A stretch of DNA of 64,000 bases from an uncultured Nitrospiraceae bacterium. Lineage in GTDB: Bacteria; Nitrospirota; Thermodesulfovibrionia; Thermodesulfovibrionales; Dissulfurispiraceae. The stretch lies in contig CAVPIW010000007.1 of assembly GCA_963705105.1 (NCBI GenBank), forward strand, positions 32,001 through 96,000, read 5' to 3'. Shown here piece after piece: positions 44,588 to 53,600 of the stretch. The translations under genes were made by a program, and so were the position numbers. Under the pieces are notes generated by a model. The model made no database searches, was not told the origin of the DNA, and was given only the letters and a program-made list of their open reading frames with translations. The first letter of the stretch is position 1. Every line of letters starts with the position of its first letter.

Positions 44588-45136
44588 TCAGCTTATTTCG
44601 ATTTCTTCAAATCTTCGCAAAAAATCCCCTTGCAGCGCTTCGTCGAACTGCCTCAGCCAGTGGAGGATGTACTCTCTGTCGAATCCGGGGTTCTTCAGAA
44701 GGATCGTCCTGATGTCCTCGATATCTCTCGGTCTGCCTGCGATAATCTTGTGGATGAAAACGTCTTCGATTGAAGCTATTCTGACGGTCACATCGTCGAA
44801 GACTGCGCCCACCGCCCTCTTTATGGCCTGTCTTTCATAAGGGGAATACGAAAATATGAAATCTATCCGTATGCCTGAAGAAGTATCCATTGACGGCAAG
44901 ACCATCGTTTTGTTCACGAAGTCTTCGATGTCATCCACCAATATCTTGAGATCAAGTTCGAATACAAGGTTCCTGACTTTATCAAGAGCGGAGAGATCGG
45001 CGCCGAGGGTGATATCGATATCCTTTGTGAATCTCGGCTCACCATAAAAAAGAACCGCCTGGCCGCCGATTATCATGTATGGGAAGTCTTCTCTGTCAAG
45101 GCCGGCGGCGAGACGCTTCAAAAGTTCTTTAAACAC
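44588..45136 (-). CDS. Nucleotidyltransferase (DUF6036/AbiEii-like), putative TA component
   Basis: IIGGQA..PRFTKDID Pol-beta-like motif, K..AGRPRD.ED. Confidence 0.75.
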   Translation of the reverse strand: MFKELLKRLAAGLDREDFPYMIIGGQAVLFYGEPRFTKDIDITLGADLSALDKVRNLVFELDLKILVDDIEDFVNKTMVLPSMDTSSGIRIDFIFSYSPYERQAIKRAVGAVFDDVTVRIASIEDVFIHKIIAGRPRDIEDIRTILLKNPGFDREYILHWLRQFDEALQGDFLRRFEEIEIS

Positions 45137-45326
45137 TGTTTATCACCCGTGCAATCCTGATGTCCACATCTATGCCGTCCAGAGGATTTTTCAGGGGAAG
45201 TATGCCGAGACAGATCGCCTCTTCGAGCATGCCATCAAGGATTCTCAGGTTCTGCGCATAGTCGACTTTCTCTTTCCTCTTGAGGTTTCGATCAAATTCC
45301 TCCAAAAGAGCAGCATTCTTAATCAT
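45129..45326 (-). CDS. Small partner protein of the nucleotidyltransferase
   Basis: 65 aa, overlaps the NTase start; upstream TTGTCT-17-TATAAT promoter (45365-45393). Confidence 0.65.
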   Translation of the reverse strand: MIKNAALLEEFDRNLKRKEKVDYAQNLRILDGMLEEAICLGILPLKNPLDGIDVDIRIARVINSV

Positions 45327-45396
45327 CGTGTTCCTCGGGGATGGTTGGCATTCATGTTATCCCCATTATACATGCCATTTGACGTATAGACAAGAA

Positions 45397-45533
45397 TCCG
45401 GAATCTTCGAAAACATTGCCGCGGCGACACCTGTATCGTGACGACCTTTTTGCTGATACTCACACTGTTACTGACACTGTTTTTCAGAGCGCTTCGCCCC
45501 GCCTTTCCCGAAAGTGTATTGCAACGATAAGGT
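45397..45533. mobile_element. Internally deleted MITE copy containing a hexamer array (45447-45489)
   Basis: gaaaacattgccgcggcgacacctgtatc matches the MITE interior; right end gcttcgccccgcctttc...ttgcaacgataaggt. Confidence 0.7.
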
Positions 45534-45962
45534 TTACCTGTCCTTTGGACGAATCAATTTCAACGGCGCCCGGCTGTGCTTGCGGTAAACGATAAAGTCA
45601 GAATCCAGGGTGAAGATGCAATGATGATCAAACACTTCAGCCATCCTTACCATACACGCATCTGCCAGAGACATCGGCATGTCCTGGTATTTCTTTAACA
45701 GTGAGAGGACTTCTTTGACATGTTCCTCAAGATGAAAAGCAAGATGGAGCACCCCCTTTTCCAGCAGCAGGAGAAGTTCAATCTGAGCTTTAGGATTCTG
45801 CGCAAGCAGGAACAGAGTTTCGGACAATACGGCCTCGCACACCAGCATAGGAGGTATCAGGCGCTCCACCTGTTCAACCGCCCAGGCATGATAATTGTCG
45901 GTCTTATCGAGCAGGGCTACCAGGGGGCCGGTGTCAACGATGACGCTTTGAGTCTTTCCCAT
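45534..45962 (-). CDS. PIN-domain toxin (VapC-like)
   Basis: IVDTGPLVA, E, SLADAC, TLDSDF acidic PIN motifs. Confidence 0.88.
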   Translation of the reverse strand: MGKTQSVIVDTGPLVALLDKTDNYHAWAVEQVERLIPPMLVCEAVLSETLFLLAQNPKAQIELLLLLEKGVLHLAFHLEEHVKEVLSLLKKYQDMPMSLADACMVRMAEVFDHHCIFTLDSDFIVYRKHSRAPLKLIRPKDR

Positions 45963-46203
45963 AGCCCTTCATGTGCTCTGGATTGGTTGAAAGGTCTCCC
46001 GTACCGCTGCTTACAATTCCGATGCTGTCTTTCATCAAATCATACACGGTAACCTCCGGTTTTGACCTGGAATCCTTCTCAGCCTCTGATAGCCTGCAGA
46101 GCAGACCTTCCTCCACCAAATCCTTGAACTTGATACCCCGCAATGCGGCCTCTGCTTTGGCTCGACGGAAAAGGTCATCCCTTATTTCAACGGTGGTTTT
46201 CAT
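45934..46203 (-). CDS. Ribbon-helix-helix antitoxin (VapB-like)
   Basis: MKTTVEI.DDLFRRAK..AA..G, C-terminal GDLSTNPEHMKGYG; overlaps the PIN gene. Confidence 0.8.
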   Translation of the reverse strand: MKTTVEIRDDLFRRAKAEAALRGIKFKDLVEEGLLCRLSEAEKDSRSKPEVTVYDLMKDSIGIVSSGTGDLSTNPEHMKGYGKDSKRHR

Positions 46204-46358
46204 TGTATTGCCTCCCTAACAGTTTCCTCTCATTCCCATTTTCCCATATAACCATATTTATGTCAAACAGTTCTCGAAAATATTCCTCACCCAACACAAT
46301 GAAGTGGTCAAAGACGTCAGATTGTAATTGTTTGAATGGAATGGTGAGGGAATGGAGC

Positions 46359-46387
46359 TTGACTCACCCTTGCTTGTCCGTTATGAT
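46359..46387 (+). promoter_or_regulatory. Sigma-70 promoter of the addiction module
   Basis: TTGACT-17 nt-TATGAT. Confidence 0.6.
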
Positions 46388-46472
46388 TTAGAAAGACCGT
46401 CGAAACCTGAAACAGGACGTTTGCCGGGCGAAAGGCAAAAACGAGAGTCTCTGACAGGGAAAGGAGCAAGAT

Positions 46473-46703
46473 ATGTCGTCAGAAGCGCAGCAGGTCCTCC
46501 GGGATGCCTTGAAACTATCGCCTCTTGAGCGGGCGGAGTTAGTCGAGAGAATCCTTGCGAGTTTCTCTTTCCCTGAGAGACAGCATATTGACGAACTCTG
46601 GGCGACGGAGGTCGAAGACAGAATCGACGCATACGAGGCGGGAGATCTGAAATCAAAACCGGCCGCCGAGGTCTTTGCCCGAATTGAACGCGGCGACTTT
46701 TGA
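46473..46703 (+). CDS. Addiction-module antitoxin (TIGR02574-like)
   Basis: ALKLSP.ERAEL...LASF, W..E...R..AY..G pattern; coupled to a RelE/ParE-like gene. Confidence 0.82.
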   Translation: MSSEAQQVLRDALKLSPLERAELVERILASFSFPERQHIDELWATEVEDRIDAYEAGDLKSKPAAEVFARIERGDF

Positions 46704-46947
46704 TGAGAGTCGAATTTCTCGATCCGGCGGAGGCGGAACTGGTCGACGCTGTCGCCTACTACAACAACGAAAGCGAGGGGCTCGGCTTCGAATTCGCGGC
46801 GGAAGTGAGCAGAACTATCACTCGGATCATTGAGTACCTGGAATCCTATATCAAATCCGAGGGGAAGTGATCCTGATCGTTGCCGTCATGCATCTCCACC
46901 GCGCCCCGTCCTCCTGGAAGAAGCGCCTGCCGTCAAGCAAACATTGA
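46703..46947 (+). pseudogene. RelE/ParE-family toxin with internal deletion and frameshift
   Basis: Frame 1 MRVEFLDPAEAELVDAVAYYNNESEGLG... stops at 46870; the family C-terminus YQIRGEVILIVAVMHLHRAPSSWKKR is in another frame. Confidence 0.8.
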
Positions 46948-47003
46948 AATACCAACTATGCAGATATTCTTCCAAAGCGGACAGGCATTATGGGTAGGAA
47001 GAA

Positions 47004-47050
47004 TGGTGGGCGATGAGGGTATCGAACCCACGACCTCTTCCGTGTGAAGG
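47004..47050 (-). mobile_element. Displaced 3' half of tRNA-Val(CAC): probable att site
   Basis: Minus strand ccTTCACACggaagaggtcgtgggTTCGAtaccctcatcgcccACCA; the 5' half (D arm, 5' anticodon stem) is missing. Confidence 0.8.
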
Positions 47051-47494
47051 TGTTTCGATACTCCGCTGCTGAATCCATACCCTTACAATCCTCTTTATTT
47101 TCATGCCCTTTTTAGAGTCTCGATCAAATCAGGTTATGCCCGTTTATGCGCATTTCTGCGCACCTACTGCATAGTTTAGCGCATAGCAGGAGAGGCATGA
47201 CCGTTTGACCCTGCAATAAGAGACTCTTTTGGGGAGAACATCAGGTCGGCTATCAGGGGTTCTGAAACTCAGGCTCGGGGTTGTAAAGCGAATCATAACG
47301 ATGTGTCGGGATGTTTTACATATGTCGCTGCCTATGACGAAACGCAGAATCACCTAATTATTGCACAAAAAGCGTCTTTTCGACGCTTACATTCTCTCCC
47401 TCTAAGCATAATACTTCAAAACAACCCTGTCGGATTTCATTACACTAAAACTGTGGTGAGTATTTTTCACCAATAATTCAATGCCATCTCGAAC

Positions 47495-47510
47495 GGGCAT
47501 GATGCTTGCT
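47495..47510 (+). promoter_or_regulatory. Candidate sigma-54 (-24/-12) promoter
   Basis: GGGCATGATGCTTGCT has GG-N10-GC spacing; TGT-N11-ACA sites upstream at 47304-47320 and 47428-47444. Confidence 0.55.
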
Positions 47511-47624
47511 TTTTACTGTCGGGGTATTGTATTCGGTCATCAAGTCATGTACAATCTGAGTCATGTAAATCAGTTCTAAGACAATAACCTGCTGAAATTT
47601 GCACGATCTTCGGAGGAGGACACC

Positions 47625-50600
47625 ATGTCAGTTCGCAATGCCGTGACGAGAGGACAGTTCTTGCAAGGCCGGTTTTGCCGCGCTATCGCCACGATACTCA
47701 GTTTCCTGATGGTCGTGCAGGTCTGGCCTCTCCAGGAGGTGGCCGCAGCCCAGAAGAGCAAACCCGTCTTACAGCCCTCCTCTGCAATCGTCCAGGAATA
47801 CAATGATCTCAGTTCATTTATCGAGACCCTTCCCGACAGCACGCTGAACAAAGGGCAGAGGAACAGCCTCCTCAGCAAACTTCGCAACTCCCTGGCAGCT
47901 TATCAGCGCGGCAAGCCCTGCACGGCGGCAAACATCCTCAACGCCTTCCTGAACGAAACCGCAGCCATGAAGAGGCAGTTTGGGATCGCCCAATACCTGA
48001 ACAACCTCGCCGGCGCCCTGAGGCACCATCTCCTGGCAAGTCTGCCGCCTGACTTCAAGTGCTCGATTGCCGACACGAATGCCCCGCCCGTCGCCGATGC
48101 AGGCCCGGACCAGACGGTCAAAGTGGGAGCCACCGTGACTCTCGACGGCAGCGCATCGAATGATGCCGACGGCGACCCCCTGACCTTCAAATGGTCCTTT
48201 GTCAGCATCCCCGAAGGGAGTGCAGTCGCACTTTCCGGCCCTGCGACAGTCAATCCCACATTCGTCATCGATAAGCCCGGCACGTACGTCGTGCAACTCA
48301 TCGTCAACGACGGCCATGTGGACGGCGCACCCGACACCGTGAGCATCAGCACGCAGAACTCACCCCCGGTTGCCAGTGCCGGTCCCGACCAGACGAAAAA
48401 AGTCACAGAGATGGTCACCCTTGATGGCAGCAAATCGAGCGATGTAGACGGCGATCTGCTGAGGTTTTCGTGGTCCTTTGTCTCAGTCCCGGAGGGAAGC
48501 ACGGCCACCCTTTCTGATGCAACAAAGGTCATGCCCACATTCGTTGTAGACAAGCCGGGCACGTATGTCATCCAGCTTATCGTCAACGACGGTGCCGTCG
48601 ACAGTGCCCCCGATACCGTGATCATCAGCACCGAGAATTCCCCTCCCGTGGCCGAGGCGGGTCCCAACCAGAGCGTCCATGTCGGAGATGTTGTCACGCT
48701 CGACGGCAGCGGATCCAGCGACCTGGACGGAGATCCTCTCACCTATTCGTGGTCCGTTGTTTCAAAGCCCCCCACAAGCGGTGCGGTCCTCTCCAGCCCG
48801 GCTTCACAGCATCCCTCGCTCACCGTCGACAAGGCGGGCGTCTATGTGATCCAGTTGATCGTCAATGACGGGAAAGTGAACAGCGAGCCGGACACGGTCA
48901 CCGTGACGACCTTCAACACGCCGCCGGTGGCCGATGCGGGCCAGGATCAGAACGCCTTTGTGGGACAGACGGTTGTGCTTGACGGCGGCGGCTCCTACGA
49001 CATAGACGGAGATCCCATAACCTACGGGTGGTCTTTTACGAGCATCCCCCTGGGCAGTGCCGTAACGCTTTCGGATCAGACCACCGTGAACCCGGCGTTT
49101 ACCCCTGATACAGCGGGGCTCCATGTCGTGCAGCTCATCGTCAATGACGGCAAAGTCGATAGCCAGCCCGATACAGCGTCCGTGAGCGTGACCGTGGCCG
49201 AGTGCCAGCCCGGCGCCACGCGGCCATGCTACGAGGGACCTCAGGGAACCCTGGGGATAGGACAGTGCAAGGAAGGCTTGCAGACCTGCGGACCGGACTA
49301 TGCATTCGGGTCCTGCGTGGGACAGGTGCTTCCGGGCGACGAGATCCTGAACAACGGCATCGATGAAGACTGTAACGGGTTAGATGCCCAGTGCATGCCG
49401 GGATCGACACAGCCCTGCTACACAGGCCCTGCCGGTACGGAAGGGGTCGGCATCTGTCGTGCGGGTACTGTGACGTGCGATGCCAACGGCGTCTACGGCG
49501 AGTGTGTCGGGCAGATATTGCCTTTGGCAGAGACTCCTGATAACGGCATCGACGAGGACTGTGACGGACGCGATGCCGTGACACAGGTGCTGCCTCCCGA
49601 TCCTGTCACGGTGGCGCCGCCCATAGACCAGACAGTCGCCACCACTGTACACGCATCGACTGCGTTTCTGTATACGGGCAGCAACCCCATCCAGACCGGT
49701 GTCGCCCCGGGAACGATCGAGTTGAAGCGTGCAGCGGTTTTGCGCGGTAAGGTCATGGACCGGGAGGGCAATCCTCTTCCCGGCATGACGATCACCATTC
49801 TCAACCATCCCGAGTTCGGCCAGACCCTGAGCCGGGCCGACGGCATGTTCGACATGGCTGTGAATGGCGGTGGGTATTTCACCGTCAAATATGAAAAGAT
49901 AGGCTTCTTCCCCGCCCAACGGCAGGTGCAAATACCCTGGCAGGATTACACTTGGCTGCCGGATGTCATCATGATGGCAGCTGACCCCCAGGTCACGACT
50001 GTCGAGCTTATTTCGAATGAACCCGTCCAGGTTGCCCGTGGCACCGTACAGACCGATGCCGATGGCGTCCGACAGGCGACTATCCTTTTCCCTCAGGGAA
50101 CGCAGGCCACCATGGTCATGCCTGATGGCAGCACAGCCCCTCTCACCACCCTGACTGTCCGGGCCACTGAGTACACCGTTGGACCCAACGGACTCAAGTT
50201 GATGCCCGCTGAACTCCCCCCGACGAGCGGTTACACCTATGCGGTGGAGTTGAGTGCGGATGAAGCAATCACAGCGGGTGCAAAGACCATAAACTTCAAC
50301 CAGCCGCTCTATTTCTATGTCGACAACTTCCTGGGCTTCCCCGTCGGTCTTCAGGTTCCGGTTGGATACTATGACCGTGATAGAGGAGTATGGGTTCCCT
50401 CTCCTGACGGTCGCGTGATCAAGATCGTCGGCATCAGCGGGCAGCTTGCGGATATCGATACCAATGGGGACAATGTTCCTGACAATGACCCTTCTCTGGG
50501 AATAGCCGAACAGGAGCGCGCCAAATTGGCGACGCTCTACAATGTCGGACAGAGCCTGTGGCGTGCCCCCATCTACCATTTCTCGACGTACGATTTGAAC

Positions 50601-53600
50601 TATGGCGTTGGCCCGGTTGCTGGTGCCGGCGGCCCCGGCCAGTCTCAGGCAAACAACTCAAACAATCCAAACCCATCATGCTCATTTGGTTCGATTATCG
50701 AGTGTGAGAACCGCTCCATTGGTGAAGTGGTCGGCGTTGTCGGCACTCCTTTCGCGCTGCGCTATCAGAGTGATCGCACGCCCGGCTATAAGAATTCCTT
50801 CACCCTCAACATTCCAGTCAGCGGAGAGACGGTACCGTCGCCCCTCAAGAGAATCGACCTCAACGTAACAGTGGCCGGCAGAACCTTTACGCAAACATTT
50901 GTTTCTGCTCCGAACCAGTCACACACTTTCACCTGGGACGGCTTTGACGGATTCCAGAGAGAGCTAATGGGAGGTCAGTCGGCTACTGTCCTAATCGACT
51001 ATATCTATGACGGCTTCTATAATCGTCCGCCGAGTCACGCTGCCAGTTTTGGCTTGCCGAGCGGGTCAAGAGTGCCCGGCGACATTCCAGCTCGTCAGGA
51101 GGTTTCACTGTCACAAAAATATACGGCCAGAGTGGGCACCTGGAGCAACCGGTCAGCAGGACTCGGGCTGTGGAGTCTAAACATCCACCATGCGTACGAT
51201 CCCGTGGCCAAAGTGCTTTATTTCGGAAACGGACGACAAAAGAGCGCAGAATCGGTGCAAAATACAATTGATACCAGTGCAGGGAACGGCACGGCCTTTT
51301 TCGACGGTGACGGCGGCCCGGCGGATAAAACGTCATTCTCTTGGCCTTCCAGTGTTGCCATTGGGCCTGACGGGAGCCTCTATGTTTTGGATTACATCAA
51401 CGGCAGAGTCCGGAAGATAGGGCCGGATGGCATCGTTAGTACCGTAGCGGGGGGTGGGAGTTGCGGGCCAGGAATAGGCGATAACGGCCCGGCGACCTCG
51501 GCATGTCTCGGTCGACCGCAGGGAATCGCCCTGGGACCGGACGGCAGCCTCTACATTGCCGACTCTGACAATCACCGCATTCGCCGAGTAGACAAAGGCG
51601 GCTTTATTGCCACCCTTGCGGGTACCGGCATCCAAGGATACGGCGGTGATGGCGGTCCGGCGACGCAGGCATATCTCAACTGGCCCAACGACGTCGCCGT
51701 GGGGTCTGACGGCAGCGTATACTTTAGCGATGGACATAACAACCGCATCCGCCGGGTCGGGACAGATGGAATCATTACGACGACAGCGGGCGGTGGAAGC
51801 GGCTATCGAAATGACGTCCCGGCGACGCAGGTGAGCATTTTCCCTTCTACTTTGGATGTGGCAAAAGATGGCAGCGTTTACTTGAGGGAGTACCCTTCAT
51901 ATCACATTCACCGTATTGCACCGGATGGGATCATCACGACATTCGTGGGCGGCGGGAGCAACCCCGGTGATGGAATCAAGGCAAGCGAGGCAGCAATAGG
52001 ATTTACCGGAGCAGTGGCCGTGGGTCCCGATGGTTCAGTCTATTTGCGCGAGTCCATGCGCATCCGCCGGGTCGGGACAGACGGCATTGTCACGACAGTG
52101 GCGGGCAACGGCAAGCAGGGTTTCGAGGGCGATACAGGCCCTGCCACAGCAGCATCGGTATTTGATACGGCGGACATAGCTGTGAGTCCGGATGGCAGCG
52201 TTTACTTAGCCGAACATGCAGCCCACCGCATCCGGCGAGTTGCATTTCCTCTGCCTGCACTTACCCCTGACCCGCTTGCTATTTCATCCGATGACGGCTC
52301 TGAGGTCTATGTTTTCAGCAGCGCTGGCCGTCATCTGGAAACACGTGATGTTCTGACCGGCACCGTGAAGTACGCTTTTTCCTACAACCAGGCGGGGCAA
52401 TTGACGCAGATCACGGATGCTGACAACAATGTTACTACAATAGAGAGGGATGGTATCGGCAATCCTATGGCGATCGTGGCCCCCTTTGGCCAACTCACAA
52501 TACTGAGCGTTGACTCTAATGGCTACCTTGCATCAATAATCAATCCGGCGAAAGAAACTACGAGGATGGCGTACACAAGAGACGGCCTGCTCGCGTCTTT
52601 CACAGACCCCAACGGCAATACATCCACTATGGAGTACGACGCCATGGGCCTTCTTCGGAAGGATCAGAACGCTGCAGGGGGATTTTGGCAGCTTGCCAGT
52701 GAGCGTTCCCCGCAGATCTCAGACGTCTTTGTGTCATCGGCGCTTGGGCGCAGAACAAGGTATCTTACCCAGTACTTGTCGACTGGCGATGTGCGCGACA
52801 CCACCACCCATCCTGACCAGACGTCCATTGTACGGCTAACCAAGACAGACGGCACCACTGAAACAACGGCACCTGACGGCACAATCACGACCGTTGTCGA
52901 GGGACCAGATCCTCTGTTCGGGATGCAGGCCCCGGTGCAAAGGAGCCTCACCATCACCGTTCCGGACACAAAGCTTGTATACACATCAGCGACGACTCGT
53001 ACTGCCACGAAGCCAAACCAAAGCCATCCTCTCGGGATCCAGTCGATCACCGAGACGAAGACTGTGAACTCGCGTGTCTTCACGACGGCATTTGATTTCT
53101 CGACTTTAACGAGGACACGCACATCACCTTTTGGCCGCCAGACAACCGAAGTCCTTGACGCCAAAGGCCTTGTCATAGAGACTCGTGTTCCCGGAATCGA
53201 GCCTGTGAAGTTCACCTATGACGCCAACGGCCGTCTGTCTTCGGCGTTACAGGGATCGCGGACGATAAGCCTTGCCTATGACACGCGGGGCAATCTCTCG
53301 TCGATCACTGATCCCCTTTTGAGGACGGTCAGTTTTGACTACGACCTTGCTGAAAGGGTTACACAGCAGACTTTCCCTGATGCCCGTGATGTGAACTTCG
53401 ATTATGATCAAAACGGAAACCTGACCTCGCTCACGCCCCCGGGAAGGCCGAGTCACGGCTTCACGCACAACGAGGTCAACATGCAGGTGGACTACGTTCC
53501 TCCCGCAATTTCGCAGGGACCGAGCACGACGACTAATTCATACAACCTTGACAAGGAGCCGACCACAATCACAAGACCTGACGGCTCCGCAATCACGTTC

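Noticed and set aside
46830..46875. Programmed frameshift in the ParE-like toxin
   Set aside because: No slippery sequence, and a central segment is missing, so deletion explains it better
47004..47080. Complete tRNA-Val gene
   Set aside because: 5' acceptor strand, D arm and most of the 5' anticodon stem are absent; treated as an att fragment
48075..49190. Nucleotide repeats in the teneurin-like gene as a DGR template/variable pair
   Set aside because: They are in-frame PKD domain repeats; no reverse transcriptase in the window and no adenine-specific pattern noticed
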